A DNA stretch of 64,000 bases from Ginglymostoma cirratum (lineage: Eukaryota). The first letter of the stretch is position 1, and each line of letters starts with the position of its first letter. Location of the stretch: contig JAHRHZ010000056.1 in the NCBI GenBank assembly GCA_024137785.1, positions 18,385,013 through 18,449,012 on the forward strand. Reading direction: 5' to 3'. Positions 37,955 through 50,813 of the stretch are shown here, in pieces. Below the pieces are notes generated by a model, which worked only from the letters and a program-made list of their open reading frames with translations, had not been told where the DNA came from and ran no database searches. Made by a program: the position numbers and the translations under genes.

Positions 37955-38270
37955 GAAGGCGATGACCTAATGGTATATCATTAGACTATTAATGCAGAGA
38001 CCCTGGTAATATACTGGGGACCGAGGTTCAAATCTTGCTATGGTGAAATTGAATTCAATAAATATCTGGAATTAGGAGTCTAATGATGACCATGCTAATT
38101 GTCAGGGTTAAAACCCATCTGGTTCACTAATGTCCCTTCAGGGATGGAAATTGCTGTTCTTACATGACAGCAACATGGTTGACTCTTAAGAGCCATCTGA
38201 GCAACTGGGGATGGGTAGTAAATGCTAGTTTGGCCAGTGACACCCACATCCTATGAATGAATAAACAAAA
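37955..38270 (+). mobile_element. tRNA-headed bipartite SINE
   Basis: gaaggcgatgacctaatgg..gaggttcaaatc..cccatctggttcactaatgtccc..cccacatcctatgaatgaataaa. Confidence 0.85.
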
Positions 38271-38653
38271 AGGTGAAGACTGGTCAGGAGAAAGATCCTG
38301 GATAGTGCCCCTGCCTTTCTGACCTCGAGGTAATTGAAACACACTGTAGAATCACCAATTGCTCCTGGTGAGACTAAGTAATCAAACTTGGGGCCTTTGT
38401 AGCTGTTGGGTCAAAATGCAACAGCACCAGTGTCTTGACTTATGGATCCCTCTGAAATTAAATTGATGCTGTCAAGTAGTCCCCCGGTAAGTCAGTACAA
38501 TGAAAATTTCCAACCTTCAACTGAAGGAGTAAAAGTTGTCTGAGAATCTCTCCAACATGTAATAAAAGCACTGGTGTGAATTTTGATTTACATAACTTCA
38601 GCTCTTTAACAGTTTTCAGTTTTCCTCCTTGTAACACTCGAGGGTAGGCAATA

Positions 38654-39055
38654 GCCTAGTCGAATTATAACTAGACTATTAATCCAGAAACCCAGCTAAT
38701 ATTGTGGGGCTGGATGAACACAGCAGGCCAAGCAGCAGCATAGGAGCAGGAAAGCTTGACGTTTCGGGCCTAGACCCTTCATTCATTCTGATGATGGGTC
38801 TAGGNNNNNNNNNNNNNNNNNNNNNNNNNNNNNNNNNNNNNNNNNNNNNNNNNNNNNNNNNNNNNNNNNNNNNNNNNNNNNNNNNNNNNNNNNNNNNNNN
38901 NNNNGCCTAGTCGAATTATAACTAGACTATTAATCCAGAAACCCAGCTAATATTGTGGGGCTGGATGAACACAGCAGGCCAAGCAGCATCATAGGAGCAG
39001 GAAAGCTTGACGTTTCGGGCCTAGACCCATCATCAGAATGAATGAAGGGTCTAGG
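38654..39055. repeat. Direct duplication across a 100-N gap (38805-38904) with the hairpin loop flipped
   Basis: 38654-38804 repeats as 38905-39055; loop cccttcattcattctgatgatggg versus its reverse complement cccatcatcagaatgaatgaaggg. Confidence 0.85.
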
Positions 39056-39165
39056 CCCGAAACGTCAAGCTTTCCTGCTCCTATGCTGCTGCTTGGCCTG
39101 CTGTGTTCATCCAGCCCCACACCTTGTTATCTCGGATTCTCCAGCATCTGCAGTACCTTTTATCT
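38961..39165. mobile_element. Young Penelope-derived hairpin element (family B) inserted in the LINE head
   Basis: Near-perfect inverted arms; TSD ctaatattgtgggg at 38947-38960 and 39166-39179. Confidence 0.9.
39009..39036 (-). ncRNA. Minimal hammerhead ribozyme core
   Basis: Minus strand CTGATGA-t-GGGTC-ta-GGCCC-GAAAC-GTC: catalytic boxes, stem II and a GUC triplet. Confidence 0.65.
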
Positions 39166-39463
39166 CTAATATTGTGGGGACCCAGGTTCGAATCCCACTA
39201 CAGCAGATGGTGCAATTTGAATTCAATATTTAAGCATAAAAGGCTGGAATTAAGAATCTACAGATCACCATGAAATCATTGCAGATTGTCAGAAAAACCC
39301 ATCTGGCTCACTAATGTCCTTCTGGGAAAGAAATCTGCCACCCTCACCTGGTCTGGCCTACACATGACTCCAGATCCACAGCAATGTGGTTGACTCTCAA
39401 TTGCCCTCTGAAATGGCCAAGCAAGCCACTTAGTTGTACCAATTGCTACGAAGTTTCAAAGAA

Positions 39464-42300
39464 ATGAAACCGGATGGATTACCTGGCATTGACCTTGGCA
39501 CTGGAAAAGACAATGGCAGAAACGGCCCTGTAGACCCTGCAAAGCATTCCTCACAAACATCTGGGGTTTAGTGCCAAAATTGGGAGAGCTGTCTCACAGA
39601 CTAGTTGAGCAACAGCCTGACGTAGTCATACTCACAGAATCATACTTTACAGACAATGTCCCAGACACCACCGTCACCATCCCTGGATATGTCCCATCCC
39701 ACCGGCAGGACAGACCCAGCAGAGGGGTGGCACAGTGGTATACAGTCAGGAGAGTGTTGCTCTAGGAGTACTCAAAACATTGACTCCGGTCTCCATGAAG
39801 TCTCACGGTTTCAGGTTAAACATGGGTAAGGAAACCTCCTGCTGATTACCACATACCGTCCTCCCTCAGCTGATGAATCAGTGCTCCTCCATGTTGAACA
39901 ACACTTAGAGGAAGCACTGAGGATGGCAAGGGCACAAAATGTACTCTGGGTGGGGGATTTCAACATCCACCAATAAGAGTGGCTTGACAGCAGTACTACT
40001 GATCGAGCTGGTCGGATCCTAAAGGACATAACTGCTAGACTGGGTCTGTGACAGGTGGTGAGGGAGCCATCAAGAGGGAAAAACATACTTGACCTCATTC
40101 TTATCAATCTGTCAGCTGCAGTTGCATCTGTCCATGTTAATATCAGTAAGAGTGACTATCGCACAGTCCTTATGGAGACAAAGTCCCGCCTTCTTATTGA
40201 GAATAACTTCCATCATGTGTGGTACTATCACCGTGCTAAATGGGACAGACTTCGTACAGATCTAGCAACTCAAGACTGGGCATCCATGAGGTGCTGTGGG
40301 GATCAACAGCAGCAGAATTGTACTCCAGCACAATCTGTAACCTCATTGCCTGGCATATCCCCCACTCAGCCATTACCATCAAGCCAGGGGATCAGACCTG
40401 GTTCAATGGAGGGGGCAAGAGGGCATGCTAGGAGCAGCATCAGGCATACCTGAAAATGAGGTATCAACCTGGTGAAGACACCAAACAGGACTACCTGCAT
40501 GCCAAGCAGTGAAAGCAACATGTGATGGTCAGAACTAAGCAATCCCACAACCAACAGATCAGATCTAAACTCTGCAGTCCTTCCACATCCAGTCATGAAT
40601 GATGGTGGACAATTAAACAGTTCACTGGAGGAGGACGCTCCACAAATATCTCTATCCTCAACAATGGAAGAGCCCAGCACATCAGTGCAAAAGTTAAGGC
40701 TGAAGCATTTGCAACAATCTTCAGCCAGAAGTGCCAAGTAGATGATCCATCTTGGCCTCCTCCAGTGGTCCCCAGCATTATAGATGTCAATTTGATTCAC
40801 TCCACGTGATATCAAGAAAGGTTTGGAGACACTGGATACTGCAAAGGCTATGGGCCCTGACAACATTCTGGCAATAGTACCGAAGACGTGTGCTGCAGAA
40901 TGTGCCTCTCCCCTAGCCAAGCTGTTCCAGTACAGTTACAACACTGATAGCTACCCGGCAATGTGGAAAATTGTCCAAGTATATCCTGGGCACAAAAAGC
41001 AGGACAAATCCAATCTGACCAATTACCACCCCATCAGTCTACTCTCGATCATCAGTAAAGTGATAGAAAGTGTCATCAACAATGCTAACAAGCAGCACCT
41101 GCTCAGCAATAACCTGCTCAGTGACACCCTGCTTGGCTTCTGCCAGGGCCACTCAGCTCCTGACCACATTACAGCCTTGGTTCAAACATGGACAAAAGAG
41201 CTGAATTCCAGAGGGGAGGTGAAAGTGACAGCCCTTGATATCAAGGGTGCATTTAACAGAGTGTGGCATCAAGGAGCCCTAGCAAAACTGGAATCAATGG
41301 GTATCTGGGTGCAAACGGTCCTGTGGTTGGAGTCATACCTAACACGTAGGAAGATGGTCGTGGTTGTTAGAGGCCAATCATCTCAGCTCCAGGACATCTC
41401 TGCAGGGTAGTGTCTTCGGCCCCACAATCTTAAGCTGCTTTATCAATGACCTTCCCTTGAGCATAAGGTCAGAAGTAGGATGTTTGCCAATAATTGCACA
41501 ATGTTCAGCATCATTTGTGACTCCCCAAATACTGAAGCAGTCCATGTTCATGTGCAACAAGATCTGGACAATATTCAGGCTTGGGCTGACAAGTGGCAAA
41601 TGACATTCTCAACACACAAATGCCAGGCTATGACCATCACCAATAAGAGACAATCTAATCATCACCCCTTGACATTCAATGGTGTTAGCATCACTGAATC
41701 CCCTTCTAACAACACCCTGGAGGTTATCATTGACCAGAAAGTCAACTGAACTCAACACATTAACATAGTGGCTACAAGAGCAGGCCAGAAGCTGGGAATA
41801 CTGTGGCGAGTAACTCACCACCTGACTCCTCAAAGCCTGACCGCCATCTACAAGGCACAAGTCAGGAATGTGATGGAATACTCCCCACTTGCCTGGATGG
41901 GTGCAGCCCCAACAACACTCAAGAAGCTTGACACCATCCGGGACAAAACAGCTCACTTGATTGGCACTACATCCAAAAGCATTCACTCCCTCCACCACTA
42001 ATGCTCAGTAGCAGCAGTGTGTACTATCTACAAGATACACTGCAGAAATTCACCAAAGATCCTCAGGCAGCACCTTCCAAACCATAACATCATCTATCTC
42101 GAGGTACAAATGCAGCAGACACATGGGAACATCACCACCTCCAAGTTCCCCTCCAAGCCACTTATCATCCTGACTTGGAAACATGTGACTGTTCCTTCAT
42201 TGTCACTGGGTCAAAATCCTGGAATTTCCTCCCTAATGGTATAGTGGGTCAACCTACAACAGGTGGTCTGCAGCGGATCAAGGCGGCAGCTTACCACCAC
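39464..42300 (+). pseudogene. AP endonuclease-reverse transcriptase ORF, disrupted
   Basis: ORF-track pieces 39571, 40055, 40240, 40823, 41480 and 41768 are collinear and separated by frameshifts or stops. Confidence 0.88.
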
Positions 42301-42864
42301 CTTCTCAAGGGCAACTGGGCAAGAAATGCTGGCCCAGCCAACGACACCCACATCCCACAAATGAACAGAAAAAATAACTCCCATATATACTCCACAGTAT
42401 CTCAATCATTACCCCCCTGTACCAGGCTTTGAAAGATCAGTTTCCAGATATTTTACTTCAATAGTTGTCAACAAAGTTGTAACCTTGGAAACACTTTCTC
42501 AGACCACTGGCTGTGTGTCACATGTAGTCAGCACAAATCAGCACATCATAGACATCTTACTTTCTATCCATTGAAATGAAAAGCACAGGATATGGGAAGA
42601 TCCCTTATCCTAGGCCCCCGCCACCTTGGCCTTGGCTCTGGTCAATACAACGATGGATATTTTCTAGCATTTCACATCAACGTTCTCCACCTGAAACCTT
42701 TTCTTTCTTTCTCTTGGAACACCTGTGTGCCTCTTGAATTTTTGTTGGTCTTGATTTGACTTTTTCAGCATATTTGCTTATTCCTGCTTATTTTCCGATT
42801 GTACTTTACCATTAAGCAACAAAACAAGCCGTCGTCAAATCTACTCTGCACTGAATTACAGATA

Positions 42865-43185
42865 ATAGAATCCGTACAGTGTGGAAACAGGCCCTTCGGT
42901 CCAACAAGTCCATACCGACCCTCAGAGCATCCCATCCAGACCCATTCCCCTATAACTCACCTAATCTGCACATCGCTGAACACTACAGGGCAATTTAACA
43001 TAGCCAATCCACCTAACCTGCACGTCTTTGGATGGCGGGAGGAAACCACAGCACCCAGAGGAAACCAGCACAGACACAGGGAGAATGTGCAAACTCCACA
43101 CAGACAGTCACCTGAGGGTGGAATTGAACTCGGGTCCCTGGCGCTGTCAGGCAGCAGCGCTAATCACTGAGCCACCGAGCCGCCC
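42865..43185 (-). mobile_element. HE1 (V-SINE), full length
   Basis: gggcggctcggtggctcagtg head on the minus strand; V-domain; tail. Confidence 0.92.
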
Positions 43186-43214
43186 AAAGCAACTAGCAAG
43201 CTAGCTTTTAATTT

Positions 43215-43440
43215 GAAATTTTTTATTCAACTCAAATTTCATATCAGTCCTGATTTGAACCCAAGTTACCCTAACCTGGGTTTCCCAACTGAATAATTAA
43301 TCCAATGACATTACCACTATGCCGTTGCCTCCCTTCAACCTGTTCAGAGATGCTATGACACACCTTTGGAGCAGATGGGACTTGAATCCGGGTCTCTTGG
43401 TTCAGAGGGAGGGTCATTACCACTACGTCATAAGACCACC
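43215..43440 (-). mobile_element. Two adjacent SINE pieces (tRNA-like LINE/SINE head, and the short tRNA SINE)
   Basis: ttaccactatgccgttgcctccc is the head reversed; caacctgttcagagatg..gggacttgaatcc is the 9705 family reversed. Confidence 0.6.
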
Positions 43441-43444
43441 TTTT

Positions 43445-43700
43445 TATGTCCTCAGGACATTTGACTGCACTTTACAGTTAAATAATTACTTTTGATATGT
43501 AGTCAATGTTGTTGGTAAGTAAAAACCGTGGCTAATTTCTGGACAGCTAGATTCCACAAATGAATTAAGCAAATAATGAGGTATTATCTGCAGCTGGCTA
43601 TGCGCTAAAATTGTTTTTCAAACAGTAATGAGTGATCTTTTACATCCATCTAGTCAAGCAGACTAACATATCATCGGAAAGTTGACACCCCCAACGTTGT
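43445..43700 (-). mobile_element. Degraded DeuSINE
   Basis: gcactttacag..actttgatatgtagtcaatgttg..gattccacaaa..gatcttttacatcca. Confidence 0.45.
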
Positions 43701-44607
43701 TGAGCTCCTTCATTAATATACATGTTCTGGTTCCTAAAATTTAATAATTACATAACCTATTAATTGTATAATGATCTCCAACCCAATATGACACAAGTAA
43801 ACACGAAATCCTATATTTGTTAAGAATAGCTATGACATGGCTCCATAAATGGAACCAACATGGCCGGAATTAGAAAAGACACTAAGTGAGCTAATTTTAT
43901 TTATGAATGGAATGAAGAGCAAAAATGTGACATTTATGAAAACGGCTTCATTGCTTTTCCTTAAAGTGGTTGGGAACTGTTAAAACCCAAAAAATATCAT
44001 TGTCTTGCACTGCTTCAGATGCAGCTCTGGTTAGTAAAATACAAGGCCATTTTCACAATCAACGTGACCCTTTCCCACAACCTTCATTGTGCAAGTGCCA
44101 ATGGATTAGTAATATGTTACTTGAGACCCATGTTCAATGAGATATAGATGCCTCAATGTTTGATAATGATGGTTTTTGTTATCATAGGATCATTGGAGAC
44201 AATAGATTATCAATCACATAATCTTGTATAAAACATCGGATTTGTGAATAAAATACAAAACCCCTTTTGAGACCTGGGGTGACATTTTGTACTTGTCAAG
44301 AGCTTATATGATTGCTGGAGAATGGCAATGAGAGAAGAGTGTTTCATTACATATGTAATTCTTTTAGATTTGATTTCTTGTTGAGGATGAGATAGAATAT
44401 TTTCAGAGTGAGCATGTTGCCTCTGCTCAATCCCGAATAATTGCGAGATCCAACAGCCAGAGTTCAGTCACAGAAACTCAGCTGAGTTCAGTTGAGCATC
44501 TCCTGGAAAGGTAAAGTTTGTGGGGTCTAATCCCGTCCCTGTAAAATTGCTGTGGTTTACAAAGGAAATCTTCAATTTTGTAGAAGAATTGCATTAAACA
44601 CTTTTAA

Positions 44608-44697
44608 CACAGATGCTGACAGACCTGCTGAATTTTCCAGCACTTTCTGTTTCTATTTCAGATCTCCAGCATCCATAGTATTTTTGCGTTTTATTAT
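44608..44697 (+). mobile_element. Penelope pLTR fragment
   Basis: cacagatgctgacagacctgctgaattttccagcactttctg. Confidence 0.7.
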
Positions 44698-45254
44698 CTG
44701 GCTGAGTCTTTGTGGACAATTACAACATGTGTACCTTTTCACATCCCATCACTATCCTTAGCCAGCTCTTAACTATTGTTCTGCCTTCAGCCCCAGTGTG
44801 GTGTTGTGTATGGAAGGCAAACAGAAGCATCGTGGTGAGTGTCTCATTCTGAAAGCAGCTAATATAAATTATACAACAAATTTTTCCCATATAGAATTAA
44901 TAAGTCTGTTTCCAGTGGTTTCCGTCTGTTTATTTGCTTCTTTGTGAATTTATAGCAATTAACCTCTGATGTGGGTTTGTGTGACCTAAAAATGTCAACA
45001 ATGAAACTGAAAACAAAATTTGAGTTGAGGAAATTACAGGGTATTAAAGTAGAGTCTTGAACATATCTTACAACTGAAAGCACCAATTTGAGGTAATTAA
45101 CTATTTTTAAGTACTTTCTGCGTGGATGCACACTGTTGTGTAAAGTTACGGTGCAATTGTAGACATGACAAACTGTAATCCTACACGAAGCAGTTTTTTA
45201 AAGGAAGGCTGTAACACATGGGCATACATTGTTATTCCAAAATTTATTTTAAAA

Positions 45255-45790
45255 CCTATAAGAACTTGCAGCACAAAAGAAGGCCATTTAATCTATCATG
45301 CCAGTACCAGCTCTTTGAAAAAGTTGACCAATTAGCCCCAGTCCCCCAATCGTGTCCCTTGGCCTTGCAAATGGTTCCTTTTCAACTTCAAACATCATTG
45401 TAAGGAGCGGGAGTAGGCCATTTGGTCCCTCAAATCTATTCTGCCATTCAATAGGATCATGGCTGATCTATTAATGTTCCACATCTCCACTGAGCCCTGA
45501 TAACCTTCGATGTACATGGCTAACAATAATCTGTCTACCCCACCTCCCCTACCTTGTGAGGTAGAGCAATCCAAAATTACACAGCCCTCTGAGAAAAACA
45601 ATTTCTTCATCTCTGTCCTTAAATGGCAATCCTTAATTTTAAAGCAGCTTACCCTAGTTCTGGACTCACCCATGAGGAAACATCCTTTCCATGTCTACCT
45701 TGTCAAGGCCATTCAAGGTCTTATAAAGCCATCTCTCCTATACTCCAGTGTTAACAAGCCCAGTCTGTCCAAGCTTCCCTTATAGATAAT
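45255..45790 (-). mobile_element. Two adjacent CR1 3' fragments
   Basis: Tails ataagaac..aggccatt and ggagtaggccatt; GESRTR..FKIK..RTEMKKLFFSE. Confidence 0.7.
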
Positions 45791-46139
45791 GTCTTCAATC
45801 CAAGTAAAGTGACTACCAACTTCCCTTTTGTAAGTTACTATTGCATCTGCTCCAATCACTCTTGCAGGCATTACATGCCAGATCGTGACAGCTCACTGCA
45901 CAAAAGACACAGTCTCATCTTCTCTGTGGGTGTTTGGACAACCACCATAAACTTGTCACCCTCTGGACGTCAAATAAAACAAAAAGTCCTGAGAGTCTCA
46001 ACAGATCTGACAACATCTGTAGAGAGAGAAACAGAGTTAATATTCTGGAGAAGAATCATATTGGGTTCAAAGTATGTAGTCTGCTCCTATTTTGATAAAT
46101 GCTTGGAATAGTTGTGATGGCAGGTGGTAAGATAAAGAG

Positions 46140-46332
46140 TCAGCAGAGGGATATATAGACAAGATATGAAAGTGATAGAAAAGTTTTAGTCAGGAAGGGA
46201 ATCAAGCATTGTAGGATAAAAAGGCAGGAAAGTGGAGCTGAGAATTAGCCGTGATCTCCTTGAATGGTGGAGTAGACTGAATGGGCTGAATGGCTTAGTT
46301 CTGCTCTTACATCCTTTGATCCTATGGTTCTA
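46140..46332 (+). mobile_element. CR1 3' tail
   Basis: ggcaggaaagtggagctgag..ccgtgatctccttgaatggtggag..gggctgaatggc. Confidence 0.7.
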
Positions 46333-47924
46333 GCTTTCTATCTAGTGAGTCATCTGAATGTGTAAATACCTAGTGCATAAAGACCTTTACAGAACACTTA
46401 CATCTGTGTTTACACAACACAGGCCACTCAGATCTAATAATGTGACCCCATCTGTGTAATGGTGATTGGGAACTGACTCAGCTATTGTTTCACTGTATTT
46501 CCTTTTAATTTCATGAAGGAATTGACTGAAATAATGTTACCATCACATGAGAGAGAAAAAAAAGTCTAAATTTATCTGGCACTATAGACCAACTCCTTTG
46601 TACAAGTGGACTCTGTGAACATTACATGGTTGGTTTTGCGAGTGAAACTAATTTTCCCCTATTGAAAATACTTTGGGTGATTTGTATGGAAGATGTAAAC
46701 CTGTAAGTTACTCTCTCCACTCACATCATCATTGTGAACCTGCTAGAGGTCAAAGGTAATGGAATGCTACAGATGCCATGAATAGATGGAAAAACCTGAC
46801 ACCACTAATGATGCTCTTAACATTCCTTTGACCCTCACTGGCTGTTCTCCTGTCTTTCAGTCTTGCAAAACCATGACTAGAGAAAACAGTACATCAACAT
46901 GGTTCAAAATTTTCTGAAGGGCAGGAGTCCATTGAAATTGTGCTCAAGCACACCCATATTCATGCTTCACCGATTATAGTTGAGTCGGTTTGATTCATAC
47001 TAATGGAAAGGAAACTTGAGTATCTGCACAGTGAGAATAGGTTTCTGAACTTTGATTGGACATATTAGTTGGAGTTGTACTCTCTGCCAAGTAGAAATCA
47101 TGCCCATCACCCACCCAGCTTCACTAGAATTTTGTCCATGATGGAGTATTTGGCAGCTGCCCCCCACCCCCAACTTTTGGGAAGGTATTGAAGCATTTTG
47201 TGATCTTTGAGACCTCTCACAGCAGTAACAATCTGTCCTCAATTCTCCTGACGTGGCCTCCTGATCACGCTCTCCCCACCCTTCCCCGGAACCTGTCTGA
47301 CAGTCTGTGGTGAAAACATCCACTTTCCTTGCAATCAGTCCTCCTCCATGTTTCCTCATGGTGGCCTGGCTGCAGTACCAGCATTAGCAATCTCTTCAGG
47401 CGTCAGTGCTGAGATAGGAGAGCTGCCAGCCATCTGATTGTCCAGCAGTACTGGAAGGCAGGAGATCCACCTACACTGGATTGGATGCCACAACCTTATC
47501 AGACTGGTAGCCATTAAATTTGATTACAGATTCCAATCTCTTACTCAGGAGACAGGCCCATCACCTCCTAAAAAGTGTTCAGTCAAGGTCACATGATCCT
47601 TGCACATCCATTCCCATCCCTCCATGCCTGCATCATAGGTTCTCTATCACAACCCTTATGGACTGACATCATTTCAATCAACATTTGGAAAGTGAACAAA
47701 CTTTTCATCAGCCAATTACTTGATTCACAACTGTTAGTTTAACTATTCTTCCTGCTTTCTCCAGTCTTTTTATAACTAATAAATGAAAAAATTCAAAGAG
47801 AATGAACAAAAATTAATGTCATTGTCCGGGAGTTTAATCTAGGAGATTCCATGACAACTCTGGAGGATTGGTAATACTGGTTGAGAATGAGTTCACTCTC
47901 TAATGGAAACCAAACATCAACCAA

Positions 47925-48165
47925 AAAAGATCTGCCATTTGGATCACACAAACAATCTCAGAATGTCTTGAAGCCCTTCACATCCTGAGAAGTGCTTTTG
48001 AAACATAGTCTATGTTGTGATAGGAGGAAAACACAGCAACCAATCTGTCCTAAAGTGCTATAAACTGCAATGAGATAAACAATCAAATATTTGTCCAAAT
48101 GTTGTTATCTGGGGATAAATGTTGAGTGGGAGAACATCCCTGTTCTCCTTCAAACGCCATCTGAT
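47925..48165 (-). mobile_element. Degraded DeuSINE
   Basis: gaagtgcttttgaaacatagtc..aaacacagcaaccaat..gggataaatgttg..ggagaacatccctgttctcct. Confidence 0.5.
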
Positions 48166-49261
48166 CCTTTAAAACTGCCCAAGAGCACAACATGTTAACT
48201 GGAAAGATGAGTTCAAATAAATTACAGTATCAATCCAGAAAATTGTCAGTGATGAATGCACACAATTTGAATTATTATTTGTAAAAGAACAAAGTTTAAC
48301 AGAGATCCCCATGTTAATGATGTTGTGTATACTCAATGTGGGATTTACAGGAGGGCACAATGACGTCTGAGCTATGTGCCAATGGCATACTTCAAAGACA
48401 GAGTGGTCATTGGAGTATTTGCTAATGGATTGTGTATAGACAAATTATGAAGCCTTCTGAAGCTTCGATGGAACTAATGGGCAGTCAGTGTCCATTATGC
48501 GTCTAGAGTGGGCTTCCATGAGAAGAATCTCAATAAATGGCACCTTCTCTGTAGATAATTTGATGTACTCACATTAGTGGCACAGGGGTGTAAGCCACCA
48601 AAGTGAGATGGGAATATAAAGTTTGTAATAAAATGACAGAAATTAAGCTTCGTGGAGCTAACAGTGAGGGTTGTGAGAGTGTCTATACTCCATGGAGCAG
48701 GCCTGTTAAACAAAGGAGTCAGCTGATGTAAAGCTAATGCTGGTCACAAATCCTGAAGATTAAATCATTGCCCAGATTAATGTAGTCCGGAGGCATGAAA
48801 ATCTGACCACGTCCTCCTCAACATTTGTGTGGAAATGAAGGGTGGCATTTATGAAGCATCTGTGGAATGGGGTATATGTTTGAATTGACCTTTATACATT
48901 TTACTGTAATTGGCTGTTTTGCAGATGCATTCCAAAATGTTCCTTCATTTTAGTCTAGATACTTAGCAACCACACCACACTATAAATAAAAGTCATTATA
49001 CAGTCAGGCATCTGGGAGAACCATTTCTCCAATACTATGAAATAAGTGAGCAATGCAATGGTTATCTTAAGCATTAACATGTGCAGCGCTGCAAAGACTG
49101 TATTGATGAAAATACTAAATTGAAATATTTAAATGTCTTGAATGTTTCACTGTGTAAGAAATCACTGCAACAGATGCACAATTTTGCCAAAGTGTAAGAA
49201 CATGAAAAGAGCCAGAAACTACAGGAATTAGATAAAGGGTAGAAGTCAAACCTGACTATCA

Positions 49262-50105
49262 TTGTACTGGAATGTATGTATGTTCATGTGAGTACTGGTG
49301 CTGATAAGTTTGATGAATTACAGCTGCAAGTTGCCCATACGGGCTATAATGCAGAGGCTAGAATGGAGACCTGGCACAAACATGGGCAAGAATGGAATCT
49401 CGACATTCCTGGCCACAGAGTTTCCAGAAGGAATGGGGGAGGAAACAAGATAAGAGTTAGCAAGATGGTATTATTCTTGAAGGATAACATTATATTTCTA
49501 TAAAAGGACAATATACTAGAGATTGACAGAATCTGTTTGGAACTACTCTAGGAAATAAAGTAGGGCAAATGGAGTGTATAAGAGTGGATGAACTTTTTAG
49601 ACATAGTTCTCATAATACAGTTAGAGGCAGATAAAGAAAAATTAAATCTCCAGTTGAAAAAAGCCACTTTCATTGATTTGAGAAGTGATCTAGTGCAGTT
49701 AGTCTAGAAAGAAAAATTAGCCATGGAAACTGCAAATGAGCAATGATGGAACTTCAGAAATATTTCACCATAAACCAAGTATACACCCATTTGGAGGAAA
49801 GATCGGGAATCCAAAGTTAGATTTCTCTGGATTTCGAAGAAAATATAGGCTACTATAAAATAGAAAAAAGATGTTTATCACAAATGTCAGGTACAGAATG
49901 CAATAGCAAGCCTGGAAAAATGGAGAAAGTGCAGGAGAAATTGGAGAAAAATATAAGAAGGTTAATGAGAGTTATGAGAAAAGGTTAGTGAACAGCGTAA
50001 AAGAGAACTCAAAAACCTTCACAAACCCACAAAAAACATGATAATTAGAGGAAGGTGTGGTTGAACAGGAGCTAAAAGGATTCATTTTCTTATGAAGGCT
50101 TCATT
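49262..50105 (+). pseudogene. Old CR1 ORF2 endonuclease region
   Basis: LECMYV..DKFDELQ..YN...METW..GQEWNLDIPGHRVSRR; many disruptions. Confidence 0.75.
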
Positions 50106-50126
50106 CAGGCAGACCTCAAAGGGATA

Positions 50127-50813
50127 GCAGGAACTGCAGATGCTGGAGAATCTGAGATAACAAGGTGTAGAGCTGGATGAACGCAGCAGGCCAAGCAGCA
50201 TCAGAGGAGCAGGAAGGCTTTTGAAGTTGAATTGAAGTTGAATGCCTTGGTACCTCTGAAGAATCCAAGATGCCTGAAGTTGTTGCTTTAGCTCTGGTTC
50301 ATTGTTCCTTTAGGGCTGAGGCATGAATAGGATTTCTGACTGAACCATGGTTCCAGACAGCTATCCCCGTNNNNNNNNNNNNNNNNNNNNNNNNNNNNNN
50401 NNNNNNNNNNNNNNNNNNNNNNNNNNNNNNNNNNNNNNNNNNNNNNNNNNNNNNNNNNNNNNNNNNNNNNNNNNNNNNNNNNNNNNNNNNNNNNNNNNNN
50501 NNNNNNNNNNNNNNNNNNNNNNNNNNNNNNNNNNNNNNNNNNNNNNNNNNNNNNNNNNNNNNNNNNNNNNNNNNNNNNNNNNNNNNNNNNNNNNNNNNNN
50601 NNNNNNNNNNNNNNNNNNNNNNNNNNNNNNNNNNNNNNNNNNNNNNNNNNNNNNNNNNNNNNNNNNNNNNNNNNNNNNNNNNNNNNNNNNNNNNNNNNNN
50701 NNNNNNNNNNNNNNNNNNNNNNNNNNNNNNNNNNNNNNNNNNNNNNNNNNNNNNNNNNNNNNNNNNNNNNTGCTTGGCCTGCTGCGTTCATCCAGCTCTA
50801 CACCTTGTTATCT
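50127..50813. mobile_element. Family-B Penelope inverted arms enclosing unrelated DNA and a 400-N gap
   Basis: TSD cagacctcaaagggata at 50110-50126 and 50814-50830; arms 50127-50218 and 50771-50813; N run 50371-50770. Confidence 0.8.

Larger units (their letters stand above)
38642..42375 (+). mobile_element. Near full-length CR1-group LINE (Zenon/Crack-like), single EN-RT ORF, tRNA-like 5' head
   Basis: Head with A/B boxes; EN motifs (PDVVILTES, GDFN, LDLIL, SD); RT (KAMGPD, ISLLSIISK, ALDIKGAF, GSVFGP, FANN); C-terminal YKAQVRNVMEY..W; tail cccacaaatgaacagaaaaaa. Confidence 0.9.

Noticed and set aside
40366-41998. Antisense ORFs of 184 and 129 aa over the LINE
   Set aside because: Shadow ORFs of the RT coding strand.
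44407-44510. Possible plus-strand exon (SEHVASAQSRIIARSNSQSSVTETQLSSVEHLLE) with AG/GT ends
   Set aside because: Weak polypyrimidine tract, no recognisable protein and no partner exons; plausible by chance.
47120-47650. GC-richer block resembling a DNA-transposon derivative
   Set aside because: No TIRs, TSD or second copy could be defined.
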